DNA of 56,372 nucleotides from a virus. Lineage: Duplodnaviria > Caudoviricetes. The notes below the pieces were generated by a model. It was not told where the DNA came from. It searched no databases and worked only from the letters and a program-made list of their open reading frames with translations. The position numbers and the translations under genes are program-made. How positions within the stretch are numbered: position 1 is the stretch's first letter; the number at the start of each line of letters is the position of its first letter. Below are positions 19,833 through 30,152 of the stretch, one piece after another. The stretch lies in the IMG/VR virus record IMGVR_UViG_3300044641_005442, positions 1 to 56,372 of that record; one strand, given 5' to 3'.

Positions 19833-20746
19833 TAATAATTACCTTCCGAGAATGGATCCGTGTTATCAAATGGGACCACATTATTTGCAAATCTTTCTTG
19901 TTCAAAATCCTCATTATTTCCTTTGAGAGTCTTGTTGGGTCCGTAGGACATGTATCTATTAGTATCAGCAATAATGGAGCTAATAGACGCTGTAAGCCCT
20001 TGGTAGACTCCAGCCGTATCTCCGAGGGCTCTAAACGTGGAAGCCGTACTGAAGCTTCCGCTGATAATATTGATACGAACGGGACTATAAGTTTCACCAC
20101 CCCAAGATTCAATTTGACCAAATCCACCAGAACTACCAGAAATACCACTTTGTTGTACGTATTGTCCTTGATAGAATGAAGTAGCACCTATAAGATCGTA
20201 CACATATAGGTTATAGAAGGTTCTAAAGGCATTGTCATAAATCTCATTAATAGCAGTATTTCCTGTAGTAATTTTTTCCATACTGTAACTGAACATTTCA
20301 CATGTCAATTCATAACTATAAAGTTTGCCTAATGCATAGAATGGATTTTCATGTTCTACAAAGTTGATTTCAAATATACTTTTGGACAAAGGAAAATAAA
20401 TTAAGTCACCTTCACGTGGACGAATAATCGTGGGTTCAGCTGCACTTACTATGTCCTTGAATCTTTTCTTTGCAATAACTAGAGTGAGTTGATCTTTGAC
20501 TTCGATACCAAACTGATTAATAATATCAGTGCCTTTAAACCCGGTATTAGTTTTAATATACGCTTCGATAACGTAAGACGTAGAAAACGAAGTACCCATA
20601 TCTTCACCAAAGATTTTATCAATATTTGCATATTGACGTGGAACATACACCACATCTCTTCCGGTACCTTGAATGATTTCGATGGTGATAGATTCCATCA
20701 AATCTTGTTGTCCAGTATCGTCTTGAATATATGGGTTGGTAGTCAT
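19832..20746 (-). CDS. gp14: Neck protein gp14
   Basis: G.DV.Y.PR, FG....D, RP.EGDLIYFP, FEI.FVEHE.PFY.LGK, C-terminal PF. Confidence 0.93.
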   Translation of the reverse strand: MTTNPYIQDDTGQQDLMESITIEIIQGTGRDVVYVPRQYANIDKIFGEDMGTSFSTSYVIEAYIKTNTGFKGTDIINQFGIEVKDQLTLVIAKKRFKDIVSAAEPTIIRPREGDLIYFPLSKSIFEINFVEHENPFYALGKLYSYELTCEMFSYSMEKITTGNTAINEIYDNAFRTFYNLYVYDLIGATSFYQGQYVQQSGISGSSGGFGQIESWGGETYSPVRINIISGSFSTASTFRALGDTAGVYQGLTASISSIIADTNRYMSYGPNKTLKGNNEDFEQERFANNVVPFDNTDPFSEGNY

Positions 20747-20749
20747 GGT

Positions 20750-21550
20750 TTAGCCTATCAGCATATCTGGTGGTGGCTCGTACATCTTGGTTATCTTATC
20801 TTCAATCTCTTCTATTTCGCGTAGCGCATCAGCCATAAGAGCAGGTGCATTCATTTGTGCACCACCGGGTAACGGAACACCAGAAAACTTCATAAGATTC
20901 TGTGCCCATTGTTTTTTCAGGGTAGCCGTATAGTATCGTTTAAAAATACGGTCTTTCCATATTTTTGGATATAAATCTACGTCAATGGCAACATATGCTT
21001 CAAACATCAAATAATTTCCAGGTGACAATCGGTCTTTACCTGTATCTAAAAATAGTCTTGATGTAGCTTTTGAGAATGTATAAGCAACCGGATATGCAAA
21101 ATCCATTTCAATGGTTTGAATGTAACTTCTTGCCATCTCGTAATTTGATAGAGCACCATAGGATGCTTGACCCTGATTAAAGAAAATACCAAAGAAGTCC
21201 TGCATGGATAACTGATATCTAAGATCAAAGATATAATCACCAACAGTTGAAGTAATAGGATAAACTTTACTAATGGTTAAAATATGGTCTGAACTAGGCC
21301 AACCACCACTAGACCCAAGTGCAGGACCAATAGTATCAGTATCAATATACTGGCGCGTTAAATCGAGTGCAGTAATTTTATGAGCAAACAGAGCTCTATG
21401 AACAAAGTCAAAATGCTTTTCCATTAGATAGCTTAAACAGTCATCTAAACGGTCATCGGCTTGAGTTGAGCCAATATTAACCGTGACAACTGGTTCGCCT
21501 AGGGCTCGTTTACAAAAACCAATAAATTCTTCTTTGTTTGTTGGATCCAT
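20750..21550 (-). CDS. gp13: Neck protein gp13
   Basis: R.LG.PV..VN, Y.TA..K.QW..NL.KF.GV.LPGG..N, PP...IG. Confidence 0.93.
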   Translation of the reverse strand: MDPTNKEEFIGFCKRALGEPVVTVNIGSTQADDRLDDCLSYLMEKHFDFVHRALFAHKITALDLTRQYIDTDTIGPALGSSGGWPSSDHILTISKVYPITSTVGDYIFDLRYQLSMQDFFGIFFNQGQASYGALSNYEMARSYIQTIEMDFAYPVAYTFSKATSRLFLDTGKDRLSPGNYLMFEAYVAIDVDLYPKIWKDRIFKRYYTATLKKQWAQNLMKFSGVPLPGGAQMNAPALMADALREIEEIEDKITKMYEPPPDMLIG

Positions 21551-21558
21551 TACAAAAA

Positions 21559-22026
21559 TTATTTAGGCTCTTGAGAACTTTTAATTTTAGCCATTTTCTC
21601 AAAAATCTCATATTCTGCATTGGATGGGTCTGGATTTGATACAATAATTTTATCAAGTTCCATTATATCATAAAGCTCAATTTGAGTTTTTCTATTGTTT
21701 TCTTCAATTTCTTTAGGGTTTGCTGGCTCATAATTAGAAAATCCTGGCATCTTCAATGGACATGAAAGATACGGATAATCCAATTTAGAATAAGATTCAC
21801 CATTAATTAATAATTGAGTATACGTGTTATCACCACACCCACACCCACCACAATAATGTCCACCATGGTGTTCACTTTTAAGTAAATTTGGGCAAGGTGA
21901 AATTGATGAGTTACCAAAGCAAGACAATACACGTAATTGTTTTTCCCAAACAAAAGCTTTTTTGTTTGTAAAACCACGTGAAGCCAACGACATAGCCAAA
22001 GCAATACATTTATTTAAAAAATTCAT
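21559..22026 (-). CDS. Cys-rich hypothetical protein
   Basis: R...C...CP...CGGCGC...KL...CPL pattern; in the late operon. Confidence 0.6.
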   Translation of the reverse strand: MNFLNKCIALAMSLASRGFTNKKAFVWEKQLRVLSCFGNSSISPCPNLLKSEHHGGHYCGGCGCGDNTYTQLLINGESYSKLDYPYLSCPLKMPGFSNYEPANPKEIEENNRKTQIELYDIMELDKIIVSNPDPSNAEYEIFEKMAKIKSSQEPK

Positions 22027-22625
22027 TAGACACTTACAAAAGTTATTTCAAAAGAAAAAGGACACGCTAAAGTTTTAAATAGTGTTTGATACGAAGGGTT
22101 TAAATCTGATGTAACTGTATATCTACCACCCGCACTTACTGAAATACTAACAGTTGTTACACCAAATAAACTTTTTAAGATATATGCCATACCTTCTTGT
22201 GTACCACGTATTCTTGTGTATACATCATATGTCATATAAAATCTTCTAAAATTACTAACAAGTTCTGGATAAGTAGCAAAATTTAAATTACTAGAAAATA
22301 CCAAGTCTGCATACGCTTGCAAAAATGCATCTGGGACATAGTGAATATCTCTTAAATCTTCGAGATAAAATCCCATACCATAGCCTTCATAATCAAAAAG
22401 CCATCTATAGTAATAAGTAAAAAAATCAATTACTGGGGCTGCAGTTGGGTCTACACCATATTCTTTTTGTACCCATGATGGAAATTGATTCTTAATTTGA
22501 ATCTTATCGCCATCCCATTCTTTTTCTGGAATACCCTGTTCACGCAATAATTTAAAAGTAGTATTGACAATTCTCTGGATACCAGTTTGAATTGAATCTT
22601 TTGTAAAACTATAAAATAATGTCAT
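22026..22625 (-). CDS. Baseplate wedge protein, short gp7-like
   Basis: Follows gp6; I..QFP..V, F...YY.WL and Y...RGT..G...IL..LFG motifs seen in gp7/gpI-like wedge proteins. Confidence 0.55.
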   Translation of the reverse strand: MTLFYSFTKDSIQTGIQRIVNTTFKLLREQGIPEKEWDGDKIQIKNQFPSWVQKEYGVDPTAAPVIDFFTYYYRWLFDYEGYGMGFYLEDLRDIHYVPDAFLQAYADLVFSSNLNFATYPELVSNFRRFYMTYDVYTRIRGTQEGMAYILKSLFGVTTVSISVSAGGRYTVTSDLNPSYQTLFKTLACPFSFEITFVSV

Positions 22626-22626
22626 A

Positions 22627-23715
22627 TTATTGTCCGTATGATACTATGATACCAGCAATTTTTCTAACGGCAAGATAATCTGTGATCAATTCACTTTGTA
22701 ATGCATCTGACAAATTGGGAACATAAAATCTAATCTGACCCACACTTGGGCTGCTAATAACAATATCGGTATACGCTATTGTTAAACCTTTACCAATTAA
22801 AAATGAATAGATTGCATCTTTATAATCATATTCTGTTACAATTCTATCTCTTGTATTTACAGCATACTGAGTATATGTTCGAATATAATCTTTTGTTGTA
22901 CCGTTTCGTCCACCAGTTGGGTTTGTATGACTAACTACGGTGACCTTACTGTAAATTTTTGCATTTAAGATTATTGCAGAATCGGTTAAGGTTCCTGAAG
23001 ACTCTAGGGCTCGACAAATTGCTGCACCGGTGATAACTTCTGCTCCAGAAATATTATTGGTAACATAATAAACACCAGGACCGTTTAAAACAGTAAATAT
23101 TTGAGTTCCAGAATTATTTGAAAATTTATCTACTCTACTCCATGAAACTTCGCTACCATCAGTAGCAAAAGAACTAAAAGAAACAGTAGATGGATCATAT
23201 GATACAGGAATAGAAATTACCTGTTTTGCTAAGTCATAATTACCAAATTCAGTTATTGTTTTTCCTGCAACTAACACAACATCGGTTGTATCGTCATCAA
23301 CTGTAACTGGAATTGCTGTTATATTATAAAATAAACAAGGGGATCCATTTGCCTGGGTTCCATTAAAAACACTATATGCTGGAATTGCACTCGTTTCTTT
23401 GTTTTGTATTGTTGCGACACACCGAGAAGAAACGGTATCAGAAATAAACGCACCATGTAAACCAGCGTTTAAAAGCAATGTACGCTTAGTTGAAGCGGTT
23501 GTTGGAAAAGAATTTGTCAAAACTGAATGTAAATAATAACCATTATATGCAGTATTTGCAGACAAAATATCCAAGAACATATTGATGGCTGATGCTTGGT
23601 TCGCAAAATCATAATATTGAAATTGTGGATATTTTTGTAAAAATGTTACTAAACTTGATTTGATAGAATCATAATCAAGTTTGCCTACATTTAATGTGCT
23701 ATAATCATAATTCAT
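22627..23715 (-). CDS. gp6: Baseplate wedge protein gp6 (shortened)
   Basis: LDYD.IK.SL..FL....F..YDF, LDILS.NT.YN.YY, F..TA, GG, R.VT..DY. Confidence 0.82.
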   Translation of the reverse strand: MNYDYSTLNVGKLDYDSIKSSLVTFLQKYPQFQYYDFANQASAINMFLDILSANTAYNGYYLHSVLTNSFPTTASTKRTLLLNAGLHGAFISDTVSSRCVATIQNKETSAIPAYSVFNGTQANGSPCLFYNITAIPVTVDDDTTDVVLVAGKTITEFGNYDLAKQVISIPVSYDPSTVSFSSFATDGSEVSWSRVDKFSNNSGTQIFTVLNGPGVYYVTNNISGAEVITGAAICRALESSGTLTDSAIILNAKIYSKVTVVSHTNPTGGRNGTTKDYIRTYTQYAVNTRDRIVTEYDYKDAIYSFLIGKGLTIAYTDIVISSPSVGQIRFYVPNLSDALQSELITDYLAVRKIAGIIVSYGQ

Positions 23716-24095
23716 GTATTTGTATCCATTGTTATTGTTACTTGGTTGTTTACGCTAGATGATGTTTTTGTAGAATAATCATACTTAACCACAATAGTTA
23801 AAATACCACCATTATTGTATATTCTAGTTCTGACTTTATTTACATTTTTAACTGCATACGTTATCGCTGTATTGATTTGATCAACAACAATATATACATT
23901 AGACAAATTGCCCATTAAAAAACTTTTAATATTTGTTCCTAAAGCGTAATTAAAACTATTTTCTGATCTATCCAATAATACAACGTTTTTTATTTGTTGT
24001 GCTATATTATAGCTACCCTCAACCAAAGCTACATCTTGTCTGTCATTTGCAGAAGGTATTGTAGTTAAAAGAATGTCAAAATCTATTTTATCCAT
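23712..24095 (-). CDS. gp25: Baseplate wedge protein gp25
   Basis: D.D......D........I.Q.IKN.VL....E..F....G..I...L; upstream of gp6. Confidence 0.7.
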   Translation of the reverse strand: MDKIDFDILLTTIPSANDRQDVALVEGSYNIAQQIKNVVLLDRSENSFNYALGTNIKSFLMGNLSNVYIVVDQINTAITYAVKNVNKVRTRIYNNGGILTIVVKYDYSTKTSSSVNNQVTITMDTNT

Positions 24096-24125
24096 GTACC
24101 CATTTATTTAGGGTAATTTCTATAC

Positions 24126-24932
24126 TTAAATTGACTCATATGGTTTGTTATCTTCATATGGTGGATAGAACCTAGAATTTGTCATAGTGCTCAAAGATAG
24201 AATGGTAGTGTGACCACCATCATTTTTTATTACGTTTTTCGCACGCATAATATAATAGTAACCAGTTTTTACTTGGTTGGCTGGTTTATCGTCACTGAGA
24301 GTAGCTAATCCAGTAGGATCATCCATTTTTACATATACAATATCACCTGGGCGTTGACTCAAATCACCACCAATTGTAATTTCAATCAATTCTTTAATTG
24401 ATTCTACAAAATCTTGACGATTTATTGGGGTCTCTATTGGTGTATCCCAAAAGGTTGCAGATCCTAAACGATACTTTAAGAAATTTTCAAACATATCACC
24501 ATATAAAGGGCAGTTACAACTAAAGGTTGCCATTGGGTCAGGCCAAAAACAACCAGCCCAATCTTTGCCCAATATATTATAAATGTTCACACACTCTGGA
24601 TCTGGTTCGTTAAAGATTAAAGTAAACCCACCCGAACCACCTGCTATACCCAAACCTGATGCACCAGATAAACCACAAATACAAAGTCCACTGGTAGAAC
24701 CACTTAAACCAAAACTAGCCTCCAAACTATAAGTATTACCAACACCTAAAGCAAGAGCAATAGTTTTAATTTCTGGAAAAAGCTCATAACATTCTTCTAA
24801 TGTATATGGTGCTTCTACTTGACCAGTTGTGATTTTTGGATTTGCACAGGTATATGAATCTCTATTCGAAACAGCATTACCTGTTTGAATTTTTAATATA
24901 TTTGTACCAAGAATTGTTATTTTTTTAGCCAT
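24126..24932 (-). CDS. Putative baseplate hub protein, C-terminal part (gp27-like)
   Basis: IEITIGGD....PGD.V.V...TGYY.I....N.I......T.L.L resembles the hub C-terminal barrel. Confidence 0.5.
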   Translation of the reverse strand: MAKKITILGTNILKIQTGNAVSNRDSYTCANPKITTGQVEAPYTLEECYELFPEIKTIALALGVGNTYSLEASFGLSGSTSGLCICGLSGASGLGIAGGSGGFTLIFNEPDPECVNIYNILGKDWAGCFWPDPMATFSCNCPLYGDMFENFLKYRLGSATFWDTPIETPINRQDFVESIKELIEITIGGDLSQRPGDIVYVKMDDPTGLATLSDDKPANQVKTGYYYIMRAKNVIKNDGGHTTILSLSTMTNSRFYPPYEDNKPYESI

Positions 24933-27382
24933 TAGCAGATTCCATCAACTGCGTTTTCCGCAATAAAGTAATACATATATTCATTATCTAGGTTCGGGGC
25001 TGGTGGTATACAACCCATCTCTCTCAGTTTATTAACTTTAATTTTATACATTTTTACAATATGGGAAGCCGACTCCCATTTGTTGAATCCTGGACCGGAT
25101 GGTAAAGCATTACTATGGGTAAAAATACTTCCAGTAAATCCAATTGGTTTATAAGCAAATTGACCATTTGTAGTGATATTATCTTTATAATATCCTGGTC
25201 CTCTGTAATTTTTAGTATCTGTACCACTTTCACCTGGACCGTTTGGTATAGAATATATATTATCATTTTGACCATTTAATCTTTCATTAAGATTTATAGC
25301 CCATGATGACATACCAGTAAACGATCCACCAGCTTTCATTCCCGGACCATATAAACCATTTATCTCTGTAATAAACAATGAATCTGGCATACCAGTTGAA
25401 CCTATACATGGGCTGGTTGTCCATCCATGCATCATACTATGATATGATGCAGATCGTTCAATATCTGACGTATTCCCTGCAGTAAGCCCAACAAAAAGAG
25501 GTCCTGGTTCTAACTTTTTCCAAGAATACAACCATGCATCAGCTACATTTCCCAGTTTAATATCATTCTCTACCCCAATACCAGAACGTAATTTTCTATT
25601 ATCTGGAATAAAGCCTGTAATTTTTGCAAAGAACCAATCTTCTTTTGCTGTAAGATCGTCACCAATACAACACAAGACATTAGCAACAAAATTTTCTTTT
25701 TCAGTTTGTTCTAATTGTTTTCTGCGGTAATTATCATAATTATTTTTATCACCCATTGCTTTATATTTGGCTTGAAGCACTTTATTTAAAGTAATGGATT
25801 CTAATAATTCTGTAATTACTGTTTGAGAAAAAATATCTCCACCATCTGTATATAACAAGTCTGATAAATCTTGATAAAAATCAACTTCTTTTACGGATAT
25901 AACATCACCATCTTCAACTCTAACCAAATTTGGATGTGTTCTAGATAGATCGTATGCAAACTGCCACATATATGGATTGTCGTTAAATGGATATAACGGT
26001 GTCTGTGGATTTGGTTGCTGGTATGAATCACGTAAACCAAGAGGAGTAGCTTCAATATGGTTTAATAAAAATTCATATGATGCAACAGCATCCGTTGTAT
26101 TGATTTTTGTATTGCTTTGAGTAAAATCAGATGCATATCCATAGAATCCTCTATCCGGTAGATATGTTAAATTAGCATCTTCTAATGCCATAGTTCTCAT
26201 ACTATAGGTAACACCACCAGCAACATTTTCTGTATACTTGGTGACTGTGGTTAAATGTGTATTTGCCGAGTCGCTTAAATATGGACTCATCAGATTAACA
26301 GGATCTGTAGTTGAACCCGAAATACCAAATGATGGAATTTCCATGTATACTGGTGAATCTCGAATATAATAATAATTTTTATTAATTATACTTGTAGCTG
26401 GATTTGTTACCAATACATATATTTTTTTACATTCAATATCTTCGCCGTCAACATCTTTTAAAAGACGTTGAACATCGGGCGAATCATAAACACCATATGG
26501 TTGTATATGATATGGATCAGCAGGATCAAGATCAAATTTATATAATCCTGTAGTTAGATCACTGCGAAGATCAAAAAATTTGTAATTTAAACAATTTGTA
26601 AAATCAGTCCAAAACATATAATAGGGTTTTAACTGATTGCTACCATTAGGAGAACTTACAGCATATGTAAAAATATAATTCAAATATGAAATTATATTAG
26701 TTTGGTATTGTTCTTGTCGAGTTGCATCTGCTATTTTAGGTCTAAACAAAACAGCATTTTTAGGTTCAAAGTTATTTTTAATATTATTGTTTATACCACA
26801 TCCCCTTAATATTATTTCATTACCATCAGAATCTCTTTTATTAAATAATGGCTTTGAAAAAACTGATCGGTATCCATATGTTTTGATAATATGTTCTGGT
26901 GTAGTTACAAACGGATATGATATATCCCACAAAGAACTAGGGACTGCTGTTACTTCACCCTCAGAATCTGTTTCATAAACAATCTCATCATAAAATGACT
27001 TTCCTTGAGATTCTTGGAATATTTTATTTGTAAAATAGATAACTACAAAAGTTTGATCTATTTCAGATACAGCATTATTGGCATAAGTTATTGATGTAAT
27101 ACTCCATTCATATTTTTCAGAAGTAGTGTCATCAAGATCACCCATAGAAACAATAATGGATTTTATCTCTTTTGCTGCAATGTAAGTTAAGATGTCACTA
27201 GTATCTCTAACAATGAGAGCACCAGTTGGAAAAATATTATTAACACTTTCTTCCAATTCCATACGCTCAAATTGACAAAATTTATTATTTTTCATCAATT
27301 CAATATCAAAATCAGAATCCTCGGTTGATAAATTTGATTTTAATATGATCGATTGTATTGGTGACGAAATAGGATTTTGCAT
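24932..27382 (-). CDS. Putative baseplate hub protein, N-terminal part with large insertion
   Basis: ELEESV...FPTG.L.VRDT.DIL resembles the gp27-like N-terminus; Y.FW.D....NYK; downstream of gp53. Confidence 0.5.
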   Translation of the reverse strand: MQNPISSPIQSIILKSNLSTEDSDFDIELMKNNKFCQFERMELEESVNNIFPTGALIVRDTSDILTYIAAKEIKSIIVSMGDLDDTTSEKYEWSITSITYANNAVSEIDQTFVVIYFTNKIFQESQGKSFYDEIVYETDSEGEVTAVPSSLWDISYPFVTTPEHIIKTYGYRSVFSKPLFNKRDSDGNEIILRGCGINNNIKNNFEPKNAVLFRPKIADATRQEQYQTNIISYLNYIFTYAVSSPNGSNQLKPYYMFWTDFTNCLNYKFFDLRSDLTTGLYKFDLDPADPYHIQPYGVYDSPDVQRLLKDVDGEDIECKKIYVLVTNPATSIINKNYYYIRDSPVYMEIPSFGISGSTTDPVNLMSPYLSDSANTHLTTVTKYTENVAGGVTYSMRTMALEDANLTYLPDRGFYGYASDFTQSNTKINTTDAVASYEFLLNHIEATPLGLRDSYQQPNPQTPLYPFNDNPYMWQFAYDLSRTHPNLVRVEDGDVISVKEVDFYQDLSDLLYTDGGDIFSQTVITELLESITLNKVLQAKYKAMGDKNNYDNYRRKQLEQTEKENFVANVLCCIGDDLTAKEDWFFAKITGFIPDNRKLRSGIGVENDIKLGNVADAWLYSWKKLEPGPLFVGLTAGNTSDIERSASYHSMMHGWTTSPCIGSTGMPDSLFITEINGLYGPGMKAGGSFTGMSSWAINLNERLNGQNDNIYSIPNGPGESGTDTKNYRGPGYYKDNITTNGQFAYKPIGFTGSIFTHSNALPSGPGFNKWESASHIVKMYKIKVNKLREMGCIPPAPNLDNEYMYYFIAENAVDGIC

Positions 27383-27385
27383 AAT

Positions 27386-28294
27386 TTAAATTAATTTTTT
27401 AACAATAGTACCGAGGTCACTATTTTTTAGATATTTTACAGTAGAAGTAGCCTGGTATGTGTTGGCATATGCTTCTTCTGTTGTGATTGGATTATACTGT
27501 TCTGAATATATTGCTTCACTACTTGGTTGTGGGTCATCACCGGATATTAATGTTTGTATAGAATCCAAAGAATTAATCTTCGGTGTTGGTGAGGTTACAC
27601 TTGATATATCCTTTTTAAAAAATAAAGCATCTGATTGAATATATGGATATGATTTTAGGTTACTTATACCACCATCACCAATTGCAGGATTATTTGCTAT
27701 ATAATATCCCGTAGACCCCTTACGTAAAATAATAAGCGTATAAGCTAAGGTGCTATTATTGGGGTCTGTTAAATCAGCATAGGCAGTTGATCCAATTGTT
27801 TTGGATATTTGAGCTTTTTTTGTATCACCAAATCCCTTTGTAACTATATTGGTTCCAGTAGTATCAAAATATGTATCATAATCCGGGAATAGATTGTCTG
27901 CTGCAGTATAGCCACCAGAGTATATACCTTTTACAATGATATCTTCTGGTTGTAAGTAAAAATAAGAATTTGGATTTAATTTTCCTGCTGAACCATATTT
28001 GCAATAAAAAGCTGTGTAATCTTTATTTGCAGTATTGAATTCTGATGGAGTTTCTTGTAAAAAAGTCCATGGGTTTATCTGTTCATTTGCAAACATTAAA
28101 CCCCAAAAATTATTAGCATCTTTTGCATAAATGCTAGCTGACAAATTACCAATAGTTTTGAATGTACCCATTTGAGTAGTAGAAGAAGTAAATTCTTCGG
28201 GGTCATATTCTAAACCAAAAGAAATATCAACCATACCTATAGACTTATTGTTTATAGTAGATTTAATTTTAGGAAAATTTGTAAAATATGTCAT
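27386..28294 (-). CDS. gp53: Baseplate wedge protein gp53
   Basis: M.YF..FP.I, LS..IY......W.L...N....PW; follows gp48. Confidence 0.7.
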   Translation of the reverse strand: MTYFTNFPKIKSTINNKSIGMVDISFGLEYDPEEFTSSTTQMGTFKTIGNLSASIYAKDANNFWGLMFANEQINPWTFLQETPSEFNTANKDYTAFYCKYGSAGKLNPNSYFYLQPEDIIVKGIYSGGYTAADNLFPDYDTYFDTTGTNIVTKGFGDTKKAQISKTIGSTAYADLTDPNNSTLAYTLIILRKGSTGYYIANNPAIGDGGISNLKSYPYIQSDALFFKKDISSVTSPTPKINSLDSIQTLISGDDPQPSSEAIYSEQYNPITTEEAYANTYQATSTVKYLKNSDLGTIVKKLI

Positions 28295-29094
28295 CCGGCT
28301 GCGTCCCCTAAGTATGATACTTCAGATTTTGATAACAATTTATCCATAACTGGAGAATATGTTCCTGTTTCAAATTCTAAAAATGTAAGAGTTAATAAAG
28401 TCATCAAAGATTTTGAGTTGGGTAAAATTTTTAAAACTGGATCTGATGGATCTCCTTTATCGACTTCCATGTGCTGTAATACACATGGTAATGGATCACC
28501 CAACCAACTACTGGTTATACTTGCATCACCCTCTTCATCGTCAACATTACCAAAAGCAGATATAGTCCAAATATTTTGTGGCATAGTTCTTTCAGGTAAA
28601 CCTGGAACAATTTTAGGATATGATAGATTACGAAAAGTTGTAACAATAGCATCAACAGCGTCTGATTCATTCTCATTTTTTGGAACAAACAGATATTTAA
28701 AAGTAAAAGTTCTGCGTGCTTCGCTGGTCATAGAAGCTTCTGTAACATTACTAAATCTTCTATAAGTATCCGTAGTAAATGTTGTTTCATAAAAAGCTGC
28801 AGCTGGCGCAGAAAGTCTCTCTAAAAAAGTAGCATCTCCGTCACTACCGCTTGTATTTCTCAATCCAGCCAAACTTAAAACCGGACCTACTGGGTTGGTA
28901 CCTTCGACAAACTTATGCTCCATGGTCATCTTGGGTTCACCAGTAAACGGTAAATAAATTGCCACTAGATTTAAGGTGTTGATATACTCTCGTGTTCTTT
29001 TTTCATTTATTACAGAATATTCAGCACACTTAAAAGCACACCAAAATGGTATTTCAGCAGCATATGGATCAAGTGGATATTGAAGATCTGACAT
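28291..29094 (-). CDS. gp48: Baseplate tail tube cap gp48
   Basis: IYLP, RTFTF.Y.FVPKN..ES..V..IV..F....YP, CVL....V, LTLTF.E.E. Confidence 0.85.
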   Translation of the reverse strand: MSDLQYPLDPYAAEIPFWCAFKCAEYSVINEKRTREYINTLNLVAIYLPFTGEPKMTMEHKFVEGTNPVGPVLSLAGLRNTSGSDGDATFLERLSAPAAAFYETTFTTDTYRRFSNVTEASMTSEARRTFTFKYLFVPKNENESDAVDAIVTTFRNLSYPKIVPGLPERTMPQNIWTISAFGNVDDEEGDASITSSWLGDPLPCVLQHMEVDKGDPSDPVLKILPNSKSLMTLLTLTFLEFETGTYSPVMDKLLSKSEVSYLGDAAG

Positions 29095-29136
29095 ATAAAA
29101 TTATTTAGCAGGAATATAACCTAAATATTTTAGCCC

Positions 29137-29553
29137 ATGGCATATAAAACTACATTTACTCCCAAAAACCCTAACAAATACATCGGATCTAAAAACTCCA
29201 TAAAATGTAGATCTTTGTGGGAACGAAGAGTTTGTAAATTTTTTGATGAAAGTGAAAAGATAAAAAAATGGTCATTTGAGGAAATTGAAATTCCATATGT
29301 CCATCCCGTTGATAAACAAGTACACAGATATATTCCTGATTTTTTGATTCAGGTTGAACAAAATAACATAAACAAATCAATTATAGTAGAGGTCAAACCA
29401 TTAAAACAGGTTAACCTTAAAGAATCAGCATCAAGCAAAGACAAGTTAATTTTTGAAATTAATAAAGCAAAATGGAATGCAGCAGAAAAATTTTGTGAAA
29501 AACACCAGATGCAATTTCAAATTTTAACAGAAAAGGACATATTCTGTGGCTAA
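29137..29553 (+). CDS. gp4: Head completion protein gp4 (TnsA-like nuclease fold)
   Basis: MAYK..F.PKNP.KY.G, RSLWER, IPY..P.D...HRY.PDF, EVKP..Q, N.AKW.AA, LTE. Confidence 0.93.
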   Translation: MAYKTTFTPKNPNKYIGSKNSIKCRSLWERRVCKFFDESEKIKKWSFEEIEIPYVHPVDKQVHRYIPDFLIQVEQNNINKSIIVEVKPLKQVNLKESASSKDKLIFEINKAKWNAAEKFCEKHQMQFQILTEKDIFCG

Positions 29554-30151
29554 CATCAATACCTCAATCTCAGCATTAAAAGAAAAAATTACTGCTTCTG
29601 GTGGTCTACAAAGAGCAAACAGATTTTTAATTAAATTTAATGGTTTGTCCGGAGAGCAGGCTGCATTTTTTAATGCAACATCTGGTGGTGATGGGACACC
29701 AAATACGTATATTGCTGAAACGGTATTGCTTCCCGATATCGTAATGAATACACAAGCTGATGCTCTAAGTGGTCCAGGATTGGGAAGATCTCAACCTAGA
29801 GGTTTATCCTATAAAGACGGTGTGTTGGTTACGTTTCCCGTTTTTGGTGATTATAAATTACCACAGGCTTTTGATAATTGGATGAAAAACATATATAGCG
29901 AAAATCTGTCAGGGTCTGGAGCAAAAACTTGGATAACTTATTTTTATGATGATGTAGTAAAAAAGAATGAAATGGTATTGGATGTTCTTGATTTGAATGG
30001 TAAAGTGACAGCAACATATAGATTTTATGAAATTTTTCCTGTAGAGATTGCTCCTATTCAATTTTCTTCATTAAACACAAATGAATATTTAAAAATAACT
30101 GTACGTTTTGCTTTCCGAAAATACGAACTTACTTTAACAGCAGATTCATAA
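29546..30151 (+). CDS. Tail tube initiator, gp54/gp19-like
   Basis: GGLQRANRF, V.LP, F..WM, E.FP....I, TV.F.FR. Confidence 0.7.
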   Translation: MANINTSISALKEKITASGGLQRANRFLIKFNGLSGEQAAFFNATSGGDGTPNTYIAETVLLPDIVMNTQADALSGPGLGRSQPRGLSYKDGVLVTFPVFGDYKLPQAFDNWMKNIYSENLSGSGAKTWITYFYDDVVKKNEMVLDVLDLNGKVTATYRFYEIFPVEIAPIQFSSLNTNEYLKITVRFAFRKYELTLTADS

Positions 30152-30152
30152 C

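Noticed and set aside
8018-21550. Stop-codon reassignment or introns in core genes
   Set aside because: gp23, gp20, gp17 and the neck genes are full length and uninterrupted in the standard code; the only tRNA reads CAA and is not a suppressor
29137-29553. TnsA transposase or homing endonuclease indicating a mobile element
   Set aside because: Sequence and position match T4 gp4 head completion protein, which has the same fold
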